Assembly: GCA_036502695.1 (NCBI GenBank)
Contig: DASXYE010000090.1
Location: 353-64,352, forward strand
Direction: 5' to 3'
Source: Jatrophihabitantaceae bacterium
Lineage (GTDB): Bacteria; Actinomycetota; Actinomycetes; Mycobacteriales; Jatrophihabitantaceae
Length of the DNA stretch: 64,000 nucleotides
The position numbers and the translations under genes are program-made. Below, piece by piece: positions 45,899-55,213 of this stretch (positions are counted from its first letter, which is position 1; the number at the start of each line of letters is the position of its first letter). The notes under the pieces are model-generated. The model was not told where the DNA came from. It searched no databases and saw only the letters and a program-made list of their open reading frames with translations.

Positions 45899-46900
45899 AT
45901 GCGAGTGGCACGGCTGCACGGTCCGGGCGTGATCGAGGTACACGACGAGCCGACGCCGGTACCGGCCGGGGACGAGGTGCTCGTCCGCGTCGGCGCCGTC
46001 GGGGTGTGCGGATCGGACCTGCACTGGTTCGCCGACGGGGCAATCGGTGACGCCGCGCTGACCCGGCCGCTGGTGCTCGGACACGAGATGGCCGGGGTGA
46101 TCGCCTCCGGTCCACGCGCTGGTCAACGGGTGGCGATCGACCCGGCGGTGCCGTGCTTCGCCTGCCGCGCCTGCCGGGCCGGGCATCCGAACCTGTGCGA
46201 GCGGATCGTCTTCGCCGGGCACGGGCCCACCGACGGCGGGATGCGCGAGTACCTGGCCTGGCCGGCGCACCGCCTGCATCCACTACCGGCGTCGATGGAC
46301 GAGGTCGACGGTGCGCTGCTCGAACCGCTCGGGGTGGCCGTCCACGCGATGGATCTGGCTCACCTGCGGCTGGCCTCGACCGTCGCCGTCGTGGGCTGCG
46401 GACCGATCGGGTTGCTCGCCGTGCAGCTGGCTCGGCTGGCCGGCGCGCGGATCATCGTCGCGGTCGAACCGCTGGCCCATCGCCGCGCGCTGGCCGCCGA
46501 GCTCGGAGCGACGCACGCGGTGGCGCCCGCCGAGGCGGCGGCAACGGTGGCCGCCGCGACCGACGGCTGGGGCGTGGACGTCGTGATCGAGCTGGCCGGC
46601 ACGGACGCCGCGGTGGCCATGGCGATCGACGTGGTGCGGCCCGGCGCGCGCGTCGTGCTCGGCGGCATCCCGGACGGCGACCGCACGTCGTTCAGCGCGT
46701 CGGCGGCCCGGCGCAAGGGCCTGACCTTCCTGATGGTGCGCCGGATGAAGGAGGTCTACGAGCGGGCCATCGCACTCGTCGACTCGGGCGCCGTCGACGT
46801 GCGCCGCCTGGTGACCGAGCGCCGGTCGCTGGACGAGACGGCCGACGCCCTGAAACAGGCGGCCGCCCGCACCGGCGTCAAGACCGTGATCACCCCGTAG
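45899..46900 (+). CDS. zinc-dependent medium-chain dehydrogenase (sorbitol/threonine dehydrogenase-like)
   Basis: GVCGSDLH and GHEMAG zinc-ligand motifs, structural zinc CxxCxxCxxxxxxxC (CFACRACRAGHPNLC) and GCGPIG Rossmann motif. ATG after GGAGG. Confidence 0.9.
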   Translation: MRVARLHGPGVIEVHDEPTPVPAGDEVLVRVGAVGVCGSDLHWFADGAIGDAALTRPLVLGHEMAGVIASGPRAGQRVAIDPAVPCFACRACRAGHPNLCERIVFAGHGPTDGGMREYLAWPAHRLHPLPASMDEVDGALLEPLGVAVHAMDLAHLRLASTVAVVGCGPIGLLAVQLARLAGARIIVAVEPLAHRRALAAELGATHAVAPAEAAATVAAATDGWGVDVVIELAGTDAAVAMAIDVVRPGARVVLGGIPDGDRTSFSASAARRKGLTFLMVRRMKEVYERAIALVDSGAVDVRRLVTERRSLDETADALKQAAARTGVKTVITP

Positions 46901-46949
46901 GGCGACGGCATGAAGCGTCGGTTACCGCCCGGACCGGGGCTCGAGTCTT

Positions 46950-47005
46950 CATGATCAAGAGGGAAAAGTGGTCGCTATAGCAGCCACTTCTCCCTCTTGA
47001 TCATG
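46950..47005. repeat. AT-rich near-perfect palindrome, copy 2
   Basis: CATGATCAAGAGGGAAAAGTGGTCGCTATAGCAGCCACTTCTCCCTCTTGATCATG, in the same orientation as copy 1, 50 nt after the dehydrogenase stop. Confidence 0.85.
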
Positions 47006-47107
47006 GTGTTCGGCAGCGCGAGGCGCGCACTCGAGACGCCGCCCAGCTCGCTCCTCGAGCGTGCAACCCTATGCGGTCTGAGACCGCAGAACCTTGCACG
47101 ATCGGGG

Positions 47108-47989
47108 TCACCGGCCGGGGGCCCGCTCCGACTCAGGGCTCAGCGCCCCAGCGTCGGGCTCGAGGTGCTGCAGGCCGATGACCGACAGCAGCTCCAGCTG
47201 GTCGGCCGCCGAAGTGCCGGGGGGCGGGGTGAACCACAGCAGTCGTTGCTGGCCGTCCTCGCTGTGCAGCGTGAGGCAGTTGAGGTCCAGGATGCCCAGC
47301 GTGGGATGCACGATCCGCTTGCGGTCGTTGCGGCGCACCGCGACGTCGTGACGTTCCCACAGCTCGGCGAACTCCGGGCTGTACCGCAGCAGTTGGGTCA
47401 CCGTACGGGCGACGTCCGGGTCGTGACCGCGGCGGCCGACGACAGCGCGCAGATCGGCGACGAACACCTGCGAGTGGTGCTCGTGCTCCTCGGGTGGGTA
47501 GATGGTGCGGGACTCGGGCTCGGTGAACCATCGATACAGGAAGCTGGCGCGCAGCCCGCGCGTCTCGGGGGCCGGACCGAGCAGGGCCCGGGCCAGCGGG
47601 TTCTGCACCAACACGACGTGCAGGTCGGTGATCACCGCGGCCGGCGTGCCGACCAGCCGATCCAGCAGATCCAGCATCGCCGGCTGGACGTGCGCAGCCG
47701 GTCCGGTTGGCGGCGGTGTCGGGCGGCCGGCCAAGCGGAACACGTGATCGCGCTCGTCCCCGTTCAACCGCAGCGCCCGCGCGAGTGCGGCCAGCATCTG
47801 CTCGGACGGTTGCGCCTCGCCCCGTTCGAGCTGGATGTAGTAGTCGGTGGACGCGCCGGCGAGCTGGGCGACCTCGTCGCGCCGCAGGCCGGGCACCCGC
47901 CGGCGCGGCCCGGACGGCAGGCCGACGTCGGCCGGCCGCACGCGTTCGCGCCGGCTGCGCAGGAACGTCCCCATCTCGGCCAGATCCAC
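47108..47989 (-). CDS. MmyB-like helix-turn-helix (XRE family) transcriptional regulator
   Basis: N-terminal GTFLRSRRERVRPADVGLP...RRVPGLRRDEVAQLAGASTDYYIQLERG plus a PAS-like C-terminal domain. Confidence 0.85.
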   Translation of the reverse strand: MDLAEMGTFLRSRRERVRPADVGLPSGPRRRVPGLRRDEVAQLAGASTDYYIQLERGEAQPSEQMLAALARALRLNGDERDHVFRLAGRPTPPPTGPAAHVQPAMLDLLDRLVGTPAAVITDLHVVLVQNPLARALLGPAPETRGLRASFLYRWFTEPESRTIYPPEEHEHHSQVFVADLRAVVGRRGHDPDVARTVTQLLRYSPEFAELWERHDVAVRRNDRKRIVHPTLGILDLNCLTLHSEDGQQRLLWFTPPPGTSAADQLELLSVIGLQHLEPDAGALSPESERAPGR

Positions 47990-48114
47990 CCGACCAGTAT
48001 CGGGCGCCGCCCGTCGGGGTAGCCAGGGGTCGGCATCCCCTGGGAACCCGGCGCCTTCCTCCGGACGCTCCGCGGCGGCACGATTGTGATCAGCAACCCC
48101 GAGAGGACAAGCAC

Positions 48115-48888
48115 ATGCCTGACAGCACGATTGCCCTGATCACCGGCGGCAACCGCGGCCTGGGTCGCGCCGTCGCCGAGTCGCTGGCCGCCGCCGGCAC
48201 CGACATCGTCATCACGTACCGCTCGCACGACACCGAGGCCAAGGAGGTCGTCGCGGCGCTGACCGCGCAGGGTCGTCGAGCCGCGGCGATCCAGCTCGAC
48301 ACCACCGACACCGGGACGTTCGCGGCGTTCGCCGACACGCTGCGCACCACCCTGCGCGAGCAGTGGGACCGCGACAGCGTCGACATCCTCGTGAACAACG
48401 CCGGCTTCCACGTCCGCACCACGCTGGGCGACACGACCGAGGGCGCGCTGGATCAGCTGTTCGCCGTTCACGTCAAGGGCGTCTACCTGCTGACCCAGAC
48501 GCTGGCCACCGGCGACCAGCCGCTGCTCGCCGACGGCGGCCGTATCGTCAACCTGTCCACCGGGCTGGCCCGGTTCGTGACCGCGGGCAACGCCGCCTAC
48601 GCCGCGATGAAGGGCGCCGTCGAGGTGCTGACCCGGTACTGGGCGGCCGAGCTCGGCCCGTGCGGCATCACCGTGAACACCATCGCGCCCGGACCGGTGG
48701 CCACCGACTTCGCGCAGGGCTACATCCGGGCCAACGACGACGTCCAGCGCGCGATGACGGATGCGACCGCGCTCGGCCGGGTGGCCCAGGCCGACGACAT
48801 CGGCCCGGCCATCGCCGCGCTCGTCAGCCCCGCCGCGCACTGGATCACCGCTCAGCGCATCGAAGCCAGTGGCGGCTTCCGCCTCTGA
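48115..48888 (+). CDS. SDR family oxidoreductase
   Basis: TGGNRGLG cofactor motif, NNAG, and YAAMK catalytic Y-x3-K. It is divergent from the MmyB-like regulator. Confidence 0.9.
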   Translation: MPDSTIALITGGNRGLGRAVAESLAAAGTDIVITYRSHDTEAKEVVAALTAQGRRAAAIQLDTTDTGTFAAFADTLRTTLREQWDRDSVDILVNNAGFHVRTTLGDTTEGALDQLFAVHVKGVYLLTQTLATGDQPLLADGGRIVNLSTGLARFVTAGNAAYAAMKGAVEVLTRYWAAELGPCGITVNTIAPGPVATDFAQGYIRANDDVQRAMTDATALGRVAQADDIGPAIAALVSPAAHWITAQRIEASGGFRL

Positions 48889-49165
48889 CCGGTCGCGAGC
48901 CAGCAGATGCGTGGCAGCTGCTCCCCCAGTGACGTGTCGACCACGCGGGTGCCCCGAAGGTCAACGCACCTCCTCCTGGGGGGACACGCGAAGGTGCCCG
49001 CTCCGACCAGTGGGTAGTCGTGTGCCTCGGACCGTACGCCCGATCAGGGCCGTCGCGATCAGATGCAACCCTTATGCAGCAAGGGGTTTCCCCGGGACTC
49101 GGGAAGTTGCGGAATACCCGACTCCGTCGTTTCGCCAGCTGGCGCTGGGCCGATACCGTTCTCTC

Positions 49166-49714
49166 ATGGCACTTTCCCCCGGCCGGTACGCGATCGGCCC
49201 GGACACCGGGCAGTTGCGCATCTACACGCGCCGGGAGGGAGTTGCCGCCAAGGTGGGCCACGACCTGCTGATCACGTTCCGGCGATGGAGCGGGACGATC
49301 CAGCTCGACGACCCCGGTACGGCGAACGTCGACGTCGAGATCGAGGTCCGGTCGCTCGAGATCGTCGACGGCACGGGCGGCGCCGTTCCGCTGAGCGGTG
49401 GTGACCGCGACGACATCACGTCCACCGCGCTGCGACTGCTCGAAGCCCACCGGTACCCGACCGCGCTGTTCGGCTCGACCCGGGTGACGCCGAGCTCGGA
49501 CGGTGCCAGCATCGAGGGCGCCCTGACCATCCGCGGCCACTCCGAGCCGCTCACCCTCGACGTCCTCGAGACCGGCCCGTCGACGTGGACGGCCAGCGTG
49601 CGGGTGCTGCAGTCGGCGTTCGGCATCAAGCCGTACAAGGCGTTCTTCGGCGCGCTGCGGCTGGCCGACGAGGTCCGCATCGGGGCCGACGTCAACCTCA
49701 GCAATCCCTCGTGA
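49166..49714 (+). CDS. YceI family protein
   Basis: 182 aa with G.L.I.G....L.L... and FGIKPY-type YceI signatures. Confidence 0.8.
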   Translation: MALSPGRYAIGPDTGQLRIYTRREGVAAKVGHDLLITFRRWSGTIQLDDPGTANVDVEIEVRSLEIVDGTGGAVPLSGGDRDDITSTALRLLEAHRYPTALFGSTRVTPSSDGASIEGALTIRGHSEPLTLDVLETGPSTWTASVRVLQSAFGIKPYKAFFGALRLADEVRIGADVNLSNPS

Positions 49715-49878
49715 TGATCTCGGCCTGTTCCGGGCCAACCTGACCGCCGTCGATCCCCCGGGCCGACACGCTCGAGCTGAGCGCGCGCATCAAGGCCAGC
49801 CCCTTCGTCCCGCACAAGGACTCGATCCGCGGGTTCGTCTTCGACGTGGCCACCGGCAAGCTGAACGAGGTCAAGTAG
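49713..49878 (+). pseudogene. beta-carbonic anhydrase remnant (C-terminal ~55-65 codons, frameshifted)
   Basis: The frame ending at TAG 49876-49878 reads ...ADTLELSARIKASPFVPHKDSIRGFVFDVATGKLNEVK*. This closely parallels the C-terminus of M. tuberculosis CanA (Rv1284: ...NPFVTKHTSLRGFVFDVATGKLNEVTP). A shifted frame upstream reads DDLGLFRANLTAVDPPG. The whole N-terminal catalytic half is missing. Confidence 0.7.
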
Positions 49879-49882
49879 CCGA

Positions 49883-50449
49883 TCAACCCCGGTAGCGCAC
49901 GCCGTCCATGAGCAGGTCCAGCAAGCGGCCGGCCTGTGCGCGCCGGTCGGCGTCGGCGGTGGCCAGCGACAGGCCGCTCAGGCTGACGAGCACGTCTTCG
50001 GGGTCGATGTCCGCGCGCAACGTCCCGGCGGCCGCGCCGGCCTCGAGCAGCGTGGCGACCGCGCCGACCAGCCGATCGCGGCTCTCCGAGAACGGGTCGC
50101 CGCCCGAGGCGATCAGCGCCTTCAACGCGTCGCCCATCCCCCGCTTGGTGCCCATGTAGTCGACGAACCGGTCCATCCAGGTGCGCAGTGCCCGCTCGGG
50201 CGGCTGCCGTTTCAGCAACCGCTGCGCCGAGTCGCACAGCCGGTACAGCTCGTTGCGGTACGCGGCGTCGACGAGCGCCTCGCGGGTCGGGAAGTGCCGG
50301 TACAGCGTGCCGATGCCCACTTCCGCCTCGCGCGCGATCGCGTCCAGGGTGACGTCCGGGCCGTCGTGCGAGAACGCGCGGACCGCGACCTCGAGCAGCC
50401 GATCGCGGTTGCGCTGCGCGTCGGCTCGCAGCGGCCGAGTGGTCGCCAT
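49883..50449 (-). CDS. TetR family transcriptional regulator
   Basis: HTH TLDAIAREAEVGIGTLYRHFPTREAL. ATG at 50449 (GTG at 50452 is also possible). Confidence 0.92.
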   Translation of the reverse strand: MATTRPLRADAQRNRDRLLEVAVRAFSHDGPDVTLDAIAREAEVGIGTLYRHFPTREALVDAAYRNELYRLCDSAQRLLKRQPPERALRTWMDRFVDYMGTKRGMGDALKALIASGGDPFSESRDRLVGAVATLLEAGAAAGTLRADIDPEDVLVSLSGLSLATADADRRAQAGRLLDLLMDGVRYRG

Positions 50450-50542
50450 CACATCCCCCAGCGGGTAATTAATCGGAGCAGCCTCCGGTTAGTCTAGGAA
50501 CGGAGGGCCCTCCGCTTCAAGTCTACGAGACGGGACAAGACC

Positions 50543-51478
50543 ATGACCGATCGCATCACCACCCCGTTCAACGCCGAGTCGACGGCCGCCGAGGTCATCG
50601 CCGGCGTCGACCTCGTCGGACGCCGGGCCATCGTCACCGGCGGCGCGTCCGGCATCGGCGTCGAGACCGCCCGCGCGCTGGCCGACGCCGGCGCCGAGGT
50701 CACGCTGGCCGTCCGCAACGTCGAGGCCGGGCGGCAGACCGCCGAGGACATCCTCGACACCACCGGCAACAAGGTGCTGGTCACTCCCCTGGATCTCGCC
50801 GACCAGGCCTCGGTCGCGCGCTTCGTCGCCGGCTGGGACGGCCCGCTGCACATCCTGGTCAACAACGCCGGCGTCATGGCGTCCCCGCTCATGCGTACCC
50901 CGCAGGGCTGGGAGATGCAGTTCGCCACCAACCACCTCGGCCACTTCGCCCTGGCCACCGGCCTGCATTCCGCGCTGGCGAGCGCCGGCGGGGCCCGGGT
51001 CGTGTCGGTCAGCTCGTCGGCCCATCACCGGTCGCCGGTGGTGTTCGACGACATCCACTTCGAGCGCCGCGAGTACGAGCCGTGGTCGGCGTACGGGCAG
51101 TCCAAGACGGCCAACGTGTTGTTCGCCGTCGAGGGTTCGCGGCGGTGGGCCGACGACGGCATCACCATCAACGCGCTGATGCCCGGCGGCATCCGCACCA
51201 ACCTGCAGCGCTACGTGGACGCCGCGGAGATCGAGCGGCTGCGCGCCGCGGCCGGTGGCGCCGACCTGAAGTGGAAGACGCCCGAGCAGGGCGCGGCCAC
51301 CTCCATCCTGGTGGCGACGTCGCCGCTGCTGGAAGGCATCGGCGGGCGCTACTTCGAGGACTGCAACGAGGCCGTGGTCGGCCAGCTGAGCGCGCGCAAC
51401 GGCGTGGCCGCCTACGCGCTGGACCCGGAGGCGGCGGCCCGGCTCTGGCAGGTCTCGCTGGACACCCTGGCGGCTTGA
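50543..51478 (+). CDS. SDR family oxidoreductase (WWOX/retinol-dehydrogenase-like)
   Basis: TGGASGIG, NNAG and YGQSK catalytic motifs. It is divergent from the TetR gene. Confidence 0.9.
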   Translation: MTDRITTPFNAESTAAEVIAGVDLVGRRAIVTGGASGIGVETARALADAGAEVTLAVRNVEAGRQTAEDILDTTGNKVLVTPLDLADQASVARFVAGWDGPLHILVNNAGVMASPLMRTPQGWEMQFATNHLGHFALATGLHSALASAGGARVVSVSSSAHHRSPVVFDDIHFERREYEPWSAYGQSKTANVLFAVEGSRRWADDGITINALMPGGIRTNLQRYVDAAEIERLRAAAGGADLKWKTPEQGAATSILVATSPLLEGIGGRYFEDCNEAVVGQLSARNGVAAYALDPEAAARLWQVSLDTLAA

Positions 51479-51485
51479 TCCCAGC

Positions 51486-52646
51486 TCAATGGTGGTGGGC
51501 GGCCGGGTCGTCCGGGCGCCCGCCCATCATGGCCAGCATGGCTCGGCCACCGCTCCGGAAGAACCGCCACACCAGCACGGCGGCGAGCACCAGGAAGACG
51601 ATGTTCAGCACGGTTGTGTAATTCCAACGGATCGAATCGTCGCCGACACTGGCGTTGCGGGATCCCTTCGGGATGAGCCCGAGCGGCTCGAACACGAACT
51701 CGATCACGTAGCCGGCCGCCGCCATCGTCGCGTAGAACGTGCCGAACAGCAGCCCGGCCATCCGCCGCCCGTAGTACTTCGCGTAGATGAGCAACAGCGG
51801 GATGATGATCAGGTCGGCGAAGATGAACGCGACGACCCCGCCGAAGCTGATGCCGCCGTTCCACAGCACCGCTGCCAATGGCACGTTGCCGATCGAGCAG
51901 ACGAACGTCACCACCGCGACGAGCGGACCGATCAGCGGGCCCCAGATCTTGGCCACCAGCGGGTGATCGGCGAAGAACAGGTTCTGCCAGAACGACTCGG
52001 GGATCCACGCCCCGGCCGCCCCGGCGATCAACAGGCCGAGCACCAGGTCGCGCAGGATCGCCGCCCATTCCATGACGAAGTTGTGGCTCACCGACGTGAA
52101 CCCGGCCGGCGACGTCAGCCGCCGCCAGAACGACCCGGTGCCACCGACGCTCATGTCCATGGCGGCGTGCCCCTCCATCGACCCGGCCACCCCGCGATCG
52201 GCTTGCGCCCGCGCCGCGTCGACCAGCCGGCTGGTGAGGAACCGCCGGAACAGCAAGGCCAGGAACAGGATCATCAACGGTCCGCCGACGAACTCGGCCA
52301 GGGTGAACCGCCATCCCAGCAGCAGTGCCAGGATGAGGCCGAGCTCGATCACCAGGTTCGTCGACGCGAACTGGAAGGCCATCGCCGAGGTGAAGTCCGC
52401 GCCCTTGCGGAACAGCGATCGGGCCAGGGCTACGGCGGCGTACGAGCACGACGAGGACGCCGCGCCCAGTCCCGCGGCCGTCGCCAGGCTGCGCGGACGA
52501 TCGTCCGGTAGCAGCCGGGCGATGGTCGACTTGCGCACCAGCGCCTCGATCACCGCCGACAACGCGAACCCGAGGATGAGCGACCAGGTGACCTGCCAGG
52601 TCATGTTGCCGGCGACGATCAGCGCGTGCCCGATCGCGTCGATCAC
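51486..52646 (-). CDS. COG0701/DUF318 (ArsP-like) permease
   Basis: 386 aa, about 10 TM helices, with conserved Cys-containing segments (GAASSSCSYAA, FVCSIGNVPLAA) and a C-terminal HHH. The GTG start overlaps the copA stop (GTGA). Confidence 0.85.
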   Translation of the reverse strand: MIDAIGHALIVAGNMTWQVTWSLILGFALSAVIEALVRKSTIARLLPDDRPRSLATAAGLGAASSSCSYAAVALARSLFRKGADFTSAMAFQFASTNLVIELGLILALLLGWRFTLAEFVGGPLMILFLALLFRRFLTSRLVDAARAQADRGVAGSMEGHAAMDMSVGGTGSFWRRLTSPAGFTSVSHNFVMEWAAILRDLVLGLLIAGAAGAWIPESFWQNLFFADHPLVAKIWGPLIGPLVAVVTFVCSIGNVPLAAVLWNGGISFGGVVAFIFADLIIIPLLLIYAKYYGRRMAGLLFGTFYATMAAAGYVIEFVFEPLGLIPKGSRNASVGDDSIRWNYTTVLNIVFLVLAAVLVWRFFRSGGRAMLAMMGGRPDDPAAHHH

Positions 52647-54886
52647 GCGCCGAATCTCCTCAGCCGCAGGGAGTTCGTCACCACGAACACCGACGAGCAG
52701 GCCATCGCCGCGCCGGCGATCAGCGGTGACAGCAGACCGAACGCCGCCACCGGCACGAGTACGACGTTGTAGGCGAACGCCCAGAACAGGTTGCCCTTGA
52801 TGATGCGCAGGGTGCGCCGGGCCAGCCGGATCCCGTCGGCCGCCGCCCGGACGTCCCCGCGCACCAAGGTGATGTCACTGGCCTCGATGGCAGCGTCGGT
52901 ACCGGTGCCCATGGCCAGGCCGAGATCGGCCTGCGCCAGCGCCGCGGCATCGTTGACCCCGTCGCCCACCATCGCCACGATCCGGCCGCGATCCTGCAGA
53001 TCGCGGACCACTGCGACCTTGTCCTCCGGCCGGACCTCGGCGATCACGTCGTCGATGCCGACCGTCTCGGCGATCACCCTTGCGGCAACGGCATTGTCGC
53101 CGGTGAGCAGCACCGGACGCAGCCCCAACCGGCGCAGCTCGGCGACGGCCTCGGCACTGGTGTCCTTGACCGCATCGCCCACCGCGACGGCACCGCGCAC
53201 TGCACCGTCCCAGCCGACGAGCACCGCCGTCCGGGCATCCGCCTCGATCTCGTTCTTGGTCGCGGCCAGCGGGCCGTCGACGGGCAGACCCCACTCGGCC
53301 AGCAGCGTGGCCCGGCCGGCGACGACCGCGCGCCCGTCGACCACCCCGGTGACCCCCTGCCCCGGCGTGTTCGCGAACTCGGTCACCGGCGGCAGCGGGC
53401 CGAGCGCGGTCGCCGCCGCGGACGCGATCGCCGTGCCGACCGGGTGCTCGCTGGCCGCCTCGAGGGCGCCGGCCAGTCGCAGCAGCTCGTCCTTCTCGAC
53501 GCCGTCGACCGGATAGACGCGGTGCACGGTCATCCGTCCGGTGGTGATCGTGCCGGTCTTGTCGAGCACGACGGTGTCGACCCGGCGCGTCGATTCGAGC
53601 ACCTCGGCGCCCTTGATCAGCAGGCCGAGCTGCGCCCCCCGGCCGGTGCCGGCCAGCAGCGCGGTCGGCGTGGCCAACCCGAGTGCGCACGGGCAGGCGA
53701 TGATCAGCACCGCGACCGCGGCGGTGAACGCGGCCGCCGCTGTGCCGCCGGTGGCCAGCGTGATCAGCAGCGTCCCCAGCGCGATCACGATCACGACCGG
53801 GACGAAGATCATGCTGATGCGATCGGCCAATCGCTGCACCGGCGCCTTGCCCGACTGGGCGTCGACGACCAGCCGCGCGATCTGGGCCAGCCGGGTGTCG
53901 GCGCCGACCCGGGTGGCCCGCACGACCAGGCGCCCGCCAGCGTTGACCGTCGCACCCGTGACCGCATTGCCCGGCGCCACCTCGACCGGCACCGATTCCC
54001 CGGTGAGCAGGCTCTCGTCAATGGCCGACGATCCTTCGACGACGACACCGTCGGTCGCGACCTTCTGCCCCGGCCGGACCAGGAACAGCTCGCCGACCCC
54101 GAGCTGGCCGATCGGCACGCGCACTTCGGATCCGTCCCGCAGCACGGCCACGTCCTTCGCGCCGAGGTCGAGCAGGGCTCGCAGGGCCGCCCCGGACCGC
54201 CGCTTCGCCCGGGCCTCCAGGTAGCGGCCGGTCAGGATGAACACGACCAGCGCCGCGGCGATTTCGAGGTAGATCTGGCCGGACCCGTCACCCCGACTGG
54301 CCGTCAGCTCGAAGCGCATCCGCATGTCCGGCTCGCCGGCGTCGCCGAGGAACAGCGCGTACAGCGACCAGCCGAACGCCGCCAGGACGCCCATCGAGAT
54401 AAGGGAGTCCATCGTGGCGGCGCGGTGCCGCAGGTTCGTCCACGCCGCGACGTGGAACAGCCAGCCACCCCATACCACGACCGGCGCGGCGAGCGTCAAC
54501 GACAGCCACTGCCAGTTGTCGAACTGGGCGGCCGGCACCATGGCCAAGATCAGCACCGGCAGCGTCAGCACCGCCGAGATCAGCAACCGCTGTCGCAGCG
54601 GCGAGGTCGGATCGTCGTCCGGTTCGCCCGGCTCGGCCGGCGCCGATTCCGGCAGCCGCGCTGTATATCCGGTCGCCTCGACCGTGGCGATCAGCTCGGC
54701 CGGTCCGAGCAGTGCGGGGTCGTAGTGCACGCTGGCCTGCTCGGTGGCGTAGTTGACACTCGCCCGGACCCCGTCCAGGCGGTTCAGCTTCTTCTCGACG
54801 CGGGCCGCGCACGACGCGCAGGTCATCCCGCCGACGGCTAGATCCACTGCGACCGTCGGACCGGTGACAACCTCGCTGCTCGTCAT
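52643..54886 (-). CDS. copA: copper-translocating P1B-type ATPase
   Basis: N-terminal HMA domain GMTCASCAARVEKKL, transmembrane CPC (IACPCALGLATP), DKTGT, and the GDGVNDAAAL hinge. Confidence 0.95.
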   Translation of the reverse strand: MTSSEVVTGPTVAVDLAVGGMTCASCAARVEKKLNRLDGVRASVNYATEQASVHYDPALLGPAELIATVEATGYTARLPESAPAEPGEPDDDPTSPLRQRLLISAVLTLPVLILAMVPAAQFDNWQWLSLTLAAPVVVWGGWLFHVAAWTNLRHRAATMDSLISMGVLAAFGWSLYALFLGDAGEPDMRMRFELTASRGDGSGQIYLEIAAALVVFILTGRYLEARAKRRSGAALRALLDLGAKDVAVLRDGSEVRVPIGQLGVGELFLVRPGQKVATDGVVVEGSSAIDESLLTGESVPVEVAPGNAVTGATVNAGGRLVVRATRVGADTRLAQIARLVVDAQSGKAPVQRLADRISMIFVPVVIVIALGTLLITLATGGTAAAAFTAAVAVLIIACPCALGLATPTALLAGTGRGAQLGLLIKGAEVLESTRRVDTVVLDKTGTITTGRMTVHRVYPVDGVEKDELLRLAGALEAASEHPVGTAIASAAATALGPLPPVTEFANTPGQGVTGVVDGRAVVAGRATLLAEWGLPVDGPLAATKNEIEADARTAVLVGWDGAVRGAVAVGDAVKDTSAEAVAELRRLGLRPVLLTGDNAVAARVIAETVGIDDVIAEVRPEDKVAVVRDLQDRGRIVAMVGDGVNDAAALAQADLGLAMGTGTDAAIEASDITLVRGDVRAAADGIRLARRTLRIIKGNLFWAFAYNVVLVPVAAFGLLSPLIAGAAMACSSVFVVTNSLRLRRFGA

Positions 54887-54898
54887 GCGATCCTCCGG

Positions 54899-55105
54899 TC
54901 AGTCCTGCTTGAGCTCGTAGCCGGCCTCGGCCACGGCGGCGCGAACCTGGTCGTCGGTGTAGCCCGCGCCGGTCACGGTGACCCGGCCGGACGCCAGGTC
55001 GACGGCGACGGTGCTCACCCCGGGTACCTGGCCCACCTCGCCGCCCACGGCGTTCACGCAGTGTTCGCAGGTCATCCCCACGACCGTGTACGTCTTCTCC
55101 ACCAT
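54899..55105 (-). CDS. copZ: heavy-metal-associated copper chaperone
   Basis: 68 aa ferredoxin-like HMA domain with GMTCEHC. Confidence 0.93.
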   Translation of the reverse strand: MVEKTYTVVGMTCEHCVNAVGGEVGQVPGVSTVAVDLASGRVTVTGAGYTDDQVRAAVAEAGYELKQD

Positions 55106-55127
55106 CAGCTCCCTTGTCGGGTACGGA

Positions 55128-55142
55128 ACCCCCGTGGGGTAT
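55128..55142. promoter_or_regulatory. candidate CsoR operator 1
   Basis: ACCCCCGTGGGGTAT (reverse: ATACCCCACGGGGGT), a GC-rich dyad of the TACCC-N-GGGTA type, 23 nt upstream of the copZ ATG. Confidence 0.6.
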
Positions 55143-55172
55143 GTTTACGGCGCGACGAGGCTTCCTGTCAAG

Positions 55173-55188
55173 TACCCCTCGGGGGTAT
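55173..55188. promoter_or_regulatory. candidate CsoR operator 2
   Basis: TACCCCTCGGGGGTAT dyad, 26 nt upstream of the csoR ATG. Confidence 0.6.
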
Positions 55189-55213
55189 GCTGCCGGCTGA
55201 GACGGAGGCAACC

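Noticed and set aside
47040-47107. Similarity between TGCAACCCTATGC (47064-47076) and TGCAACCCTTATGC (49063-49076) as a third repeat family.
   Set aside because: Only about 13 nt are shared, the flanks differ, and the match is compatible with chance.
48889-49165. The 276-bp spacer between the SDR and YceI genes as a structured RNA or gene remnant.
   Set aside because: Translations in all six frames show nothing recognisable. Only weak local hairpins (GCAACCCTT..AAGGGGTT) are present, and I noticed no repeat elsewhere in the window.
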